64,000 bases of DNA from Bacteroidota bacterium (GTDB lineage Bacteria; Bacteroidota; Bacteroidia; Flavobacteriales_C; GCA-002722245): NCBI GenBank assembly GCA_026390935.1, contig JAPLEZ010000145.1, positions 51,123-115,122 on the forward strand, in the 5' to 3' direction. A program made the position numbers and the translations under genes. Shown here piece by piece: positions 28,136 through 36,805 of this stretch. Position 1 is the stretch's first letter; each line of letters opens with the position of its first letter. The notes beneath the pieces were generated by a model. The model searched no databases. It was not told the origin of the DNA and saw only the letters and a list, made by a program, of their open reading frames with translations.

Positions 28136-29677
28136 CTACAAATCAAATTTAATTCCCTGCGCCAACGGCAAAACCTTGCTGTAATTGATAGTATTGGTTT
28201 GTCGACGCATATACACTTTCCATGCATCTGAGCCTGATTCTCTTCCTCCTCCAGTTTCTTTTTCTCCTCCAAAAGCGCCGCCTATTTCCGCCCCAGATGT
28301 ACCGATGTTCACATTGGCAATGCCGCAATCCGATCCTTCATGCGATAAAAACTGTTCAGCTTCGCGAAGGTTAGTTGTCATGATGGAAGAAGACAATCCT
28401 TGTGGAACTGCATTTTGCAAAGCAATGGCTTCCTCCAGCGTTTTGTATTTCATGATGTATAAAATCGGTGCGAAAGTTTCGTGCTGAACAATAGCCGAAT
28501 GGTTTTTAGCCTCGTAAATAGCAGGTTTCACATAGCAACCCGACTCGTAACCCTTGCCTTTCAACACGCCGCCAGCAACAATTGTTTTTCCGCCCTGACG
28601 CACAATTTGCTCCAAAGCCGCTTCATAGTTTTTCACTGCATCTTTATCAATCAATGGACCTACATGATTTTTCCTGTCTAAAGGATTTCCAATACTTAAC
28701 TGACCATAAGCCTTCAGTAATTTCATTTTCACATCATCATAAACCGATTCATGAATGATGAGTCTTCTGGTAGAAGTACAACGCTGTCCGGCAGTGCCCA
28801 CAGCGCCAAAAACAGCGCCAATGGTCACAATATTTAAATCGGCAGATGGTGTTATAATAATTGCATTGTTACCGCCTAGTTCCAATAAAGATCTTCCCAA
28901 TCTGCCACCAACCGCTTCTCCAACTTTTTTCCCCATACGTGTTGAACCCGTTGCAGAAACAAGTGGTACACGGGTATCTTCTGATAGAAATTCACCAATG
29001 GTATAATCTCCGTTGATCAAGCAGGAAACGCCTTCTGGTACATTGTTTTTTTTGAATACTGCATTCACAATATGCTGACAAGCGATGGAGCACAAAGGAG
29101 TTTTCTCCGACGGTTTCCAAACACAAACATCACCGCAAATCCAGGCCAGAAAAGAATTCCACGACCATACTGCTACCGGAAAATTAAAGGCCGATATAAT
29201 ACCAACAATCCCTAAGGGGTGGTATTGCTCATACATCCTGTGTTTTGCGCGTTCAGAATGCATGGTGAGTCCATTCAACTGTCGAGATAATCCAACTGCA
29301 AAATCAGCAATATCAATCATCTCCTGTACTTCGCCCAAACCCTCTTCCAGTGATTTTCCCATTTCGTACGACACCAGCTCTCCCAATGCCTGCTTGTTTT
29401 CGCGCAATGCTTCGCCTATTTGTCGCACTACTTCACCACGCTTTGGCGCCGGTACCATGCGCCAACTCACAAAAGCCTGCTCGGCTGTGGCAATCACTTT
29501 TTCATAATCTTTTTTATTGGCCACAGACACCTTTGCGATGAGCTTGCCATCCACAGGAGAAAAGGAAGAAATACTTTTTTCGGAATTTTTGAGCCAGGTT
29601 TGACCGGTAGAAACCCCCGGATTCAAAGGCTTAATATTTAACTTCTTAAGAACAGAATCTATTTTGAATGGCGACAT
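28136..29677 (-). CDS. aldehyde dehydrogenase family protein (ALDH7 / aminoadipate-semialdehyde dehydrogenase-like)
   Basis: ELGGNNA and GQRCTSTRR catalytic motifs, about 513 aa. ATG at 29677, with an alternative TTG at 29683. Confidence 0.9.
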   Translation of the reverse strand: MSPFKIDSVLKKLNIKPLNPGVSTGQTWLKNSEKSISSFSPVDGKLIAKVSVANKKDYEKVIATAEQAFVSWRMVPAPKRGEVVRQIGEALRENKQALGELVSYEMGKSLEEGLGEVQEMIDIADFAVGLSRQLNGLTMHSERAKHRMYEQYHPLGIVGIISAFNFPVAVWSWNSFLAWICGDVCVWKPSEKTPLCSIACQHIVNAVFKKNNVPEGVSCLINGDYTIGEFLSEDTRVPLVSATGSTRMGKKVGEAVGGRLGRSLLELGGNNAIIITPSADLNIVTIGAVFGAVGTAGQRCTSTRRLIIHESVYDDVKMKLLKAYGQLSIGNPLDRKNHVGPLIDKDAVKNYEAALEQIVRQGGKTIVAGGVLKGKGYESGCYVKPAIYEAKNHSAIVQHETFAPILYIMKYKTLEEAIALQNAVPQGLSSSIMTTNLREAEQFLSHEGSDCGIANVNIGTSGAEIGGAFGGEKETGGGRESGSDAWKVYMRRQTNTINYSKVLPLAQGIKFDL

Positions 29678-29711
29678 ATGCAAGAGTTTAGTACGAATAT
29701 GATAAATTTCC

Positions 29712-29768
29712 CACAGATTTCACAGATTAACACAGATGCATTTCTTAATCCATGTTAATCTGTGAAAT
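29712..29768. repeat. CACAGAT triple direct repeat plus 16-bp inverted repeat
   Basis: CACAGAT occurs at 29712, 29721 and 29731. ATTTCACAGATTAACA (29717-29732) is the exact reverse complement of 29753-29768. Confidence 0.85.
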
Positions 29769-29787
29769 ATGAGGAAAAAATGTTTGC

Positions 29788-30645
29788 TTATTTGCCTAGT
29801 ACCCCACCAGTTTTACTTTCTATTGGAGCTGTAGTATTTACTCGAGGCACTCTAGGTTGTGGAAGTTTAGCAGCCAGCTGCTTGGTAATTAAAGGGAAAT
29901 AATTTTTTACGATGTTCGCAACGTTGTTTTCGGTAGAAGGAAAAGTGGTTGACACCACACCCATCGACACAATTTGTCCCTTGACATTGTAAATGGTGTA
30001 ATGAAATTTTAATATGCGCAGGTAGTTGTTTTCGGCAACTTTATAAGGATCCGACAAATCATTTTCAATATCCATTTCGTTAATAAAAACAAAAAGGTCG
30101 GTGCCATATTTTTTGTAGAGGTATGGCAATAGTTTTTTGTCTTTGATGACGGCGTTCATGAAACGCGGAGTATTGTCGTAATGCGACACAATTTGTCCGT
30201 TTTGAATGTGTGTTTTTTCGTTATCCTCTTTCTTTTTATGCTCAAATTTCTTGAGGATAGGAAGGCCATTTTTCTTTTCTTCTTTCGGCTCTTCCGGAAT
30301 TGGATCATAGGTTCTGCTGATGGAACCGTAAACACGATGCAAATCTTTCAATGAATCCTCCACCAAATGAATCAGTGACGTAGTGCTGTACAAATACAAA
30401 AACTCTGTTTGCATGGAAGAAGCAATATTGTACCTGAAATTGCGAATGATTTGTGAAGTATTCATCCTTGATTCATTGGCCAACATATTTTGAATTTGGC
30501 AAATGTACATTTGCTCCTCAAAAGGAATGATCATTACTTTTTTGTAGCGATAGGAAGTATCCAGCTTGGTAGTATCCTGTGCCACTGCGGATTTGAGGAC
30601 GCAAATGATGACGATGAGTAAAATGATAATTCGGGACTTCAGCAT
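29788..30645 (-). CDS. secreted hypothetical protein
   Basis: Signal peptide (ICVLKSAVAQ), 285 aa, with a central Lys/Glu-rich linker. No family recognised. Confidence 0.55.
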   Translation of the reverse strand: MLKSRIIILLIVIICVLKSAVAQDTTKLDTSYRYKKVMIIPFEEQMYICQIQNMLANESRMNTSQIIRNFRYNIASSMQTEFLYLYSTTSLIHLVEDSLKDLHRVYGSISRTYDPIPEEPKEEKKNGLPILKKFEHKKKEDNEKTHIQNGQIVSHYDNTPRFMNAVIKDKKLLPYLYKKYGTDLFVFINEMDIENDLSDPYKVAENNYLRILKFHYTIYNVKGQIVSMGVVSTTFPSTENNVANIVKNYFPLITKQLAAKLPQPRVPRVNTTAPIESKTGGVLGK

Positions 30646-30721
30646 ACAACAAGTATACTTATTAATGCAGCCCGAGTTAAATACCGGTGCGAAATATTAC
30701 TAACAGGAAAATGTTCAAGCC

Positions 30722-32062
30722 TTAAAACAGGAATTTAGCCGCATCGTTGAACAAGGCCAGTGCCATTAATCCAAACAGCAATATCATGCCTCCTATTTGT
30801 GCGTATTCCATGAATTTTTCACTTGGTTTTCTTCTCAAAATAATTTCGAACAAAAGGAACATCACGTGTCCACCATCCAATGCTGGAATTGGCAATAAAT
30901 TCATGAAAGCTAAAATCACCGACAATAATGCTGTGATCGCCCAAAATTTCTCCCAATAATGTTCTTCTGAAAACGATTCAGGGAATAAACTTCCCAAAGT
31001 TCCGAAGCTTCCCACTTTTGACATCCCTTCTTTCGACGCCAGTAATTTAAAGCCTTTCACATATCCATTAAGAGTTCCAACTGCAGAATTATATCCGGCA
31101 GGAATCGACTCCATGAAGGTGTATTGACGTTTCTCGGTTTTAAAATATTGAGTGTAATCACCAACCGGTGATAAACCAAGTTTACCAGCTGAATCAACGC
31201 CACAAGCAACAACTACACTGTCGTTACCACGAATAACCTGCAAGTTCACAGTTTGATTTTTGAACTGATGAATTTGTGCACTAAAATCCTGATAAAACGG
31301 AGTTGAAATATTGTTGATCCCAACAATTTTATCTTTCTTTTTGAGTCCTGATTTTTGCGCCAATGAATGGTCGTCTTTCAATATTGAATCAATTACAAAA
31401 GGGATTCTAGGTTCAAACAAAGGCGTTTCTTCCTTTCTTCCCATCATGATTTTATGAAAGTCGTCGGGCAGCACAATCACCGATTGCTTACCTTCTCTTT
31501 CGATGGTGATTTTTCTCGCCTCATCCAGCATGATGATCTTGCTGATATCCCTTACATCTTTAGGATGCATGGTATCAACCATAATAATTTTATCGCCGTC
31601 CTTAAAGCCATAATCATACATGAGTGAATCACAAGCAACACCGTAAGTCACATTTTCATTGGGCAAATATTCTTGTCCCCAAGTAAACAGCGACATACTA
31701 TAAATGGCCCAAGCCAACAATGCATTTACCGTAACACCACCCAACATGATGATCAATCGTTGCCACGCCGGTTTGCTACGGAATTCCCAAGGTTTTGCCG
31801 GTTCCTTCATGGCTTCTTTGTCCATGGACTCATCAATCATCCCCGCAATTTTTACATAGCCACCAAAGGGCAACCAGCCGATACCATATTCGGTATCTCC
31901 TTTTTTGAATTTGAAAAGAGAAAACCAAGGATCAAAAAACAAATAGAATTTCTCCACTTTTGTTTTGAATAATCTCGCAGGAATGAAGTGCCCCATCTCG
32001 TGTAATAAAACAAGGATGGACAAGCTCATGATCAAACTGACTGCTTTTACTAATATTTCCAT
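30722..32062 (-). CDS. rseP: RIP metalloprotease RseP (site-2 protease)
   Basis: HEMGHF zinc motif, PDZ region and NLLPIPALDGG motif. Confidence 0.9.
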   Translation of the reverse strand: MEILVKAVSLIMSLSILVLLHEMGHFIPARLFKTKVEKFYLFFDPWFSLFKFKKGDTEYGIGWLPFGGYVKIAGMIDESMDKEAMKEPAKPWEFRSKPAWQRLIIMLGGVTVNALLAWAIYSMSLFTWGQEYLPNENVTYGVACDSLMYDYGFKDGDKIIMVDTMHPKDVRDISKIIMLDEARKITIEREGKQSVIVLPDDFHKIMMGRKEETPLFEPRIPFVIDSILKDDHSLAQKSGLKKKDKIVGINNISTPFYQDFSAQIHQFKNQTVNLQVIRGNDSVVVACGVDSAGKLGLSPVGDYTQYFKTEKRQYTFMESIPAGYNSAVGTLNGYVKGFKLLASKEGMSKVGSFGTLGSLFPESFSEEHYWEKFWAITALLSVILAFMNLLPIPALDGGHVMFLLFEIILRRKPSEKFMEYAQIGGMILLFGLMALALFNDAAKFLF

Positions 32063-32065
32063 GGA

Positions 32066-33235
32066 TTAAATGCTAACTGTTTTTAAAATAATTTCTTTGG
32101 CCATCTCTCTGCTCGTGCGGTCGGTCTCTAAATAGTCTTCTAACGAAGGAGTTGCAATAAATTTTATGTCGCTCAAACATTTTTCAATGATGTCGGGCAT
32201 TTCCAAAAACTTAACTTTGTTTTTCAAAAACGCCTCTACCACAATTTCATTCGCCGCATTCAGCACACAAGGCGCATTTCCGCCTCTTTTCATCGCCTCA
32301 AAGGCCAAAGCAAGATTACGAAAAGTTTTTGTATCGGGCGCTTCAAAAGTAAGTGCTGGATAATCCAAAAAGTTAAATCTTTTAAAAGACGATTTTAACC
32401 TTTGCGGATAAGCCATTGCATATTGAATGGGCAACTTCATATCTGGCAATCCCATTTGTGCTTTCATCGATCCGTCTTCAAACTGAACGATGGAATGAAC
32501 AATGGATTGAGGATGAACGATAACATCAATTTGTTCGGCCTTTAATCCGAAGAGCCATTTGGCTTCAATCACTTCCAGCCCTTTGTTCATCATGGATGCA
32601 GAGTCGATGGTGATCTTCGCTCCCATCTCCCAATTGGGATGTTTCAAAGCTTGTTCTTTTGTAACTGTTGCCAATTTCTCTGCCGACCAACCTCGGAAAG
32701 GTCCGCCTGAAGCAGTGAGATATATTTTTTCAATCGGGTTGCCGTATTCTCCGGCGAGACATTGGAAAATTGCCGAATGTTCCGAATCAACAGGAAAAAT
32801 ATTTACGTTTTTTTCTCGCGCCATTTTGGTCACCATTTCACCAGCCACCACCAAAGTTTCCTTGTTGGCTAAGGCTATTTGTTTACCTGCGTTGATGGCA
32901 GTAAGCGTTGGTTTTAATCCAGCAAATCCAACTACGGCCGTGAGCACCATATCGATGCTTTGCATTTCCATCACTTCCGATAAAGCAGCCTCTCCAGCAA
33001 ATACATGCACATCTTCCTTATCCAAAGCCTCTTTAACAAAGAGATACTTTGCTTCATCGGCGATGACCACTGTGTTGGGCTTGAATTTTTTTGCTTGTTC
33101 AATCAGCAAATCCGCATTGCTATTCACCGTCAATACTTCTACTTCAAACTGATCAGGATGCTCCTGAATCACTTCCAAAGCCTGAGTTCCAATAGAACCT
33201 GATGAACCTAATATTGCGATTTTTTTCTTTTGCAT
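32066..33235 (-). CDS. dxr: 1-deoxy-D-xylulose-5-phosphate reductoisomerase
   Basis: ILGSSGSIGTQAL, LANKETLV and DSEHSAIFQC motifs. Confidence 0.95.
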   Translation of the reverse strand: MQKKKIAILGSSGSIGTQALEVIQEHPDQFEVEVLTVNSNADLLIEQAKKFKPNTVVIADEAKYLFVKEALDKEDVHVFAGEAALSEVMEMQSIDMVLTAVVGFAGLKPTLTAINAGKQIALANKETLVVAGEMVTKMAREKNVNIFPVDSEHSAIFQCLAGEYGNPIEKIYLTASGGPFRGWSAEKLATVTKEQALKHPNWEMGAKITIDSASMMNKGLEVIEAKWLFGLKAEQIDVIVHPQSIVHSIVQFEDGSMKAQMGLPDMKLPIQYAMAYPQRLKSSFKRFNFLDYPALTFEAPDTKTFRNLALAFEAMKRGGNAPCVLNAANEIVVEAFLKNKVKFLEMPDIIEKCLSDIKFIATPSLEDYLETDRTSREMAKEIILKTVSI

Positions 33236-33276
33236 TTTTGAAGAAAGGCGAAGATAATGATTTATGCCCTCTCTGA

Positions 33277-34773
33277 CTATTTCACTTTAAAAGCACCCAA
33301 AGCATCCGCTATTTTTCTATCGTTCCCCAAACGCGGCACTTTATTTTGTCCGCCAAGCTTGCCTTCCGACTTCATGTATCCGATAAATCCGTCTTTAGCA
33401 ATTTCGGTAAGAACAAGAGAACGCAAAATATTTCCAGTGATTAAATCTTTGTAATACACGTTTTGTTTCACCATTTGTTCATCGAGGTGTTTTACAAAAG
33501 CGGACAAATCAGCCGGACTTTTTCTAAACTCTACAAACCACTCATGATAAGGCAATCCGTCTTTCGGAGCAACCTGCGGAGCAACAGTAAATTCTGTTAC
33601 TTCAACGCCAAATTTTTCACAAGTGGCAATCATCGCGCGATCCACTTCTTCACCAATCACGTGTTCACCAAAAGCAGAAATAAAATGTTTGATTCTTCCT
33701 GAAACAACAATTCTGTATGGATTTAAAGAAACAAATTTTACGGTGTCGCCAATGTTGTATCCAAACAAGCCTGCGTTGGTACTGAGAATAATAGCATAGT
33801 TCACGTTCAATTTCACATCCTTCAAAGAAATCCTAGTCGGACTTTCATTGAAAAATTCATCGGCAGGAATAAATTCAAAAAATATTCCGGCATTGGTATT
33901 GAGCAGTAAACCTTCGTGTTTCTGCGAATCCTGGAAAGCAATAAATCCTTCAGATGCAGGATAAACCTCAACAGTAGGAATAGACTTACCAATAATTTTT
34001 TCCATGATAGGCTGGTAGGGACGATAGTTCACGCCGCCTTGCACAAACAAAGAAAAGTTGGGAAATACATCTTTAATTTGTTTTCCGGTTTTGGCCTGAA
34101 TGCGCTCAAAATACATTTGAACCCATGGTGGAATTCCAGAAATCACACGCATGTCTTCATTCACCGTTTCTTCAATGATGGCATCCAGCTTGGTTTCCCA
34201 ATCGGCAATGCAATTGGTTTCGTATGAAGGCTTCCGATTTTTTTGTAAATATTTTGGAACGTGATGCGCTGTAATCCCTGACAATCGTCCGGTTGGCGTT
34301 TTGTAAGAATTGTCTAATTCCGGACTTCCTTGTAAAAAAATCATTTTTCCATCCACAAATTCTGCCTTGCCCGTTTCGGCGATGTACAGCAAAATGGCGT
34401 TGCGCGCTGCTTTGATGTGGTGGGGCATGGAATCTTTGGAAATAGGAATGTATTTCACGCCGGAAGTTGTTCCTGACGTTTTACTAAAATACATTGGCAA
34501 ACCAGGCCATAGAACGTTTTCCTCGTCGTGTTTAATTCTTTCAATGTATTTTTTAATGCCTTCGTAATCCTTAACAGGAACGGCTTTTTTGAAATCTTCG
34601 TAATTTTTTACAGAAGAAAATTTATGCTCCTTTCCAAAGGCAGTATCCTTCGCTTTATCCATCAGCATTTTCAATGTAGCTTCCTGCAGTTCCACTGCTC
34701 GGGCGGCTTCCTTGTATACTTTTTTGGAAATATATTTTGCAAACGGTTTGCTTAACGCGGCTTTGAGTCCCAT
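33277..34773 (-). CDS. GH3 family (acyl-acid amido synthetase-like) protein
   Basis: 498 aa with FSKTSGTTSGVKYIP adenylation motif. The overall layout matches bacterial 'GH3 auxin-responsive promoter' family proteins. Confidence 0.8.
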   Translation of the reverse strand: MGLKAALSKPFAKYISKKVYKEAARAVELQEATLKMLMDKAKDTAFGKEHKFSSVKNYEDFKKAVPVKDYEGIKKYIERIKHDEENVLWPGLPMYFSKTSGTTSGVKYIPISKDSMPHHIKAARNAILLYIAETGKAEFVDGKMIFLQGSPELDNSYKTPTGRLSGITAHHVPKYLQKNRKPSYETNCIADWETKLDAIIEETVNEDMRVISGIPPWVQMYFERIQAKTGKQIKDVFPNFSLFVQGGVNYRPYQPIMEKIIGKSIPTVEVYPASEGFIAFQDSQKHEGLLLNTNAGIFFEFIPADEFFNESPTRISLKDVKLNVNYAIILSTNAGLFGYNIGDTVKFVSLNPYRIVVSGRIKHFISAFGEHVIGEEVDRAMIATCEKFGVEVTEFTVAPQVAPKDGLPYHEWFVEFRKSPADLSAFVKHLDEQMVKQNVYYKDLITGNILRSLVLTEIAKDGFIGYMKSEGKLGGQNKVPRLGNDRKIADALGAFKVK

Positions 34774-34859
34774 GTGATTTTTATGATTCAGCTAAAGTAA
34801 AAAATTTAGACCCATTTCTTTCGTTTCGGGTTTAAAGAAATGAATCCTATTTTTACTCC

Positions 34860-35906
34860 ATGCAATTGAAAATCCATTACCGCCTGGAAAGCTGGAAAGA
34901 GAAATGTTATTACATTTTTTCTATCCTCCTGAGCAAATGGATCAACGGAAACTCAACTCCTCCTGCAAGTTTCAATCGCATTTTAATCATTAAAATTGAT
35001 GAGATCGGCGACATGATCACAGCTCTTCCTTCTTTTGAAACTCTACGAAAATCGCATCCCGAAGCAGAAATCACGCTTTTGTGCAAAGCCTTGGTAAAGA
35101 AAATTGTTCAAGACGATCCAACGATCGATAAAATCGTCACGCAAAAATCAGAGTTATCAGGCAAATATGATCTCATTTTAGATTTGCGCAGCAGCTGGCC
35201 AATGTTTTGGTTTGCGCTATTCAACCGTCCGAAATACCGACTGGATCGTGGTTCTGCGCGAATGAAGAATAGAAATTTGGGCGCCCACAAACACGAAGTG
35301 GAAGTGAATTATCAAATCATGGCGCCAGTCCTGAAGGACATACCTGATAAAGCTCAGTTGCGCTTATTCATCAATGACGACGACAAGCAATTTGCACAAA
35401 ACTGGTGTGAAAAAAATAGCTTGAACAACTTCGTCATCCTTCATGCGGGAGCACGCCGACCGTTGAAACAATGGGCCCCAGAGCGCTATGAAGCGCTAGC
35501 GAATTATTTGCACCAAACGGGATTTCAAATTGTATTTGGCGGCGGACCAGAAGATGCCGAATTGAATGACGCAATCATCAAAAATTTAAAATTTACGGCC
35601 ACCAATCTTGCTGGGAAATGCTCATTAACACAATTCGCGGCTATTGCAGCGCACGCTAAATTATTTGTTGGCAATGATAGCGGACCCATGCATTTGGCTT
35701 CAGCAATGAATATTCCGGTGATTGGATTATTCGGTCCGAGCATCACAGAAACTTTCCGACCATATCATCAAAAGGGGACTTTCATTCATCACAAACTGCC
35801 TTGTAATCCTTGTGATCAAATACATTGCATGCATCCTGGAGACATTTGTATCAATAGAATTTCGGTAGAGGAAGTGGAGAAAAAAATTAAAGCGCTTCTG
35901 GCTTAA
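34860..35906 (+). CDS. glycosyltransferase family 9 (heptosyltransferase-like)
   Basis: GNDSGPMHLASA motif and IIKIDEIGDMITALP N-terminus. Confidence 0.8.
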   Translation: MQLKIHYRLESWKEKCYYIFSILLSKWINGNSTPPASFNRILIIKIDEIGDMITALPSFETLRKSHPEAEITLLCKALVKKIVQDDPTIDKIVTQKSELSGKYDLILDLRSSWPMFWFALFNRPKYRLDRGSARMKNRNLGAHKHEVEVNYQIMAPVLKDIPDKAQLRLFINDDDKQFAQNWCEKNSLNNFVILHAGARRPLKQWAPERYEALANYLHQTGFQIVFGGGPEDAELNDAIIKNLKFTATNLAGKCSLTQFAAIAAHAKLFVGNDSGPMHLASAMNIPVIGLFGPSITETFRPYHQKGTFIHHKLPCNPCDQIHCMHPGDICINRISVEEVEKKIKALLA

Positions 35907-36706
35907 AAATTCATGTAATTCGACGGATTCAAAGGCGTTCCATTGAACCACAATTCAAAATGCAAGTGCGGGCCCGAGCTTTCTTCACCCGAATCACCAA
36001 TGATTCCAATTACTTCTCCTGCCTTGGCAAACTGACCTTCCTTTTTAAGCAATGCGGCGTTGTGCTTGTAAACCGAAATAAGATTATTAGTATGCTGTAA
36101 AACTATAGTGTTACCAGTTTCCGCCGACCACGACGAAAATATTACCCTTCCATTTAAAGTGGCCTTTACCGCTTCATTCTTGTTGGTCACTATATCAATT
36201 CCGTAATGTTTTTCCTGATAATTAAATTGCTTTGAAATATATCCCGACAAAGGCGAAAAAAAGTGAAAGTTCCTTATCGCCTTCATTTGCTCGTCGGCCG
36301 CTTGTAGCACAGGAATTTGAGCTGCTGCTGCATTCTGCTTATTGGGATCTTCCTCAGGAATCCACTCTTCAATCAACGAATCTAAATGCGAATAATAAAT
36401 TTCTTTGCCTTTGATCTGATCTTCTATCTCGTCCACCATATGAGCATCTTGCATGATCACATCCTCTTGAGAAGAAGTTAAAAAACCAGGCACCAACTTT
36501 TGCAACGGAGTATAAGCAATAGAAAGAAAAGACAAAACGAAAATCGCCGCGAAAACCAATATCCCCATGCCGATTAGCGAAATCAAACGCGACTTATAAA
36601 ACAACACTTTCCCAGAATTGTGTTCCTCATCTTCAATCACTAAAACATGCTGCCTTTTCAGCTTGTTCAGTATTTTCTTACTTTTATCGCTAAGGTCTTC
36701 TTTCAA
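35903..36706 (-). CDS. M23 family metallopeptidase
   Basis: N-terminal TM segment, HYGIDI and SGPHLHFE LytM-type motifs. TTG start. Confidence 0.8.
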   Translation of the reverse strand: MKEDLSDKSKKILNKLKRQHVLVIEDEEHNSGKVLFYKSRLISLIGMGILVFAAIFVLSFLSIAYTPLQKLVPGFLTSSQEDVIMQDAHMVDEIEDQIKGKEIYYSHLDSLIEEWIPEEDPNKQNAAAAQIPVLQAADEQMKAIRNFHFFSPLSGYISKQFNYQEKHYGIDIVTNKNEAVKATLNGRVIFSSWSAETGNTIVLQHTNNLISVYKHNAALLKKEGQFAKAGEVIGIIGDSGEESSGPHLHFELWFNGTPLNPSNYMNF

Positions 36707-36727
36707 AGTGGGTTTTTTGTGTTAAAA

Positions 36728-36735
36728 CAAATTTA
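36728..36735 (-). promoter_or_regulatory. putative -7 box (TAaaTTTG) for the M23 peptidase gene
   Basis: The reverse complement reads TAAATTTG, 22 nt upstream of the start at 36706. Confidence 0.4.
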
Positions 36736-36774
36736 GTCATTTGCAGGGAAGCCACATAAATACGAAATTTAAAA

Positions 36775-36782
36775 TATTTTTG
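36775..36782 (+). promoter_or_regulatory. putative -7 box (TAttTTTG) for the porW-like gene
   Basis: TATTTTTG lies 24 nt upstream of the TTG start at 36806. Confidence 0.4.
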
Positions 36783-36805
36783 TTCATTTTCCGTTAATCG
36801 CACAC

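Noticed and set aside
29085-29507. 140-aa plus-strand ORF, with several neighbours at 28185-29641
   Set aside because: All are antisense within the ALDH gene, whose catalytic motifs are intact.
32559-33152. 197-aa ORF on the plus strand
   Set aside because: It lies entirely antisense within dxr, which has unambiguous motifs. The translation is low-complexity and Ser/Ala-rich, typical of a shadow ORF.
34813-34842. 9-bp inverted repeat CATTTCTTT/AAAGAAATG between the divergent GH3 and GT9 genes
   Set aside because: It is short and AT-rich, so a chance occurrence is plausible, and no second copy was seen.
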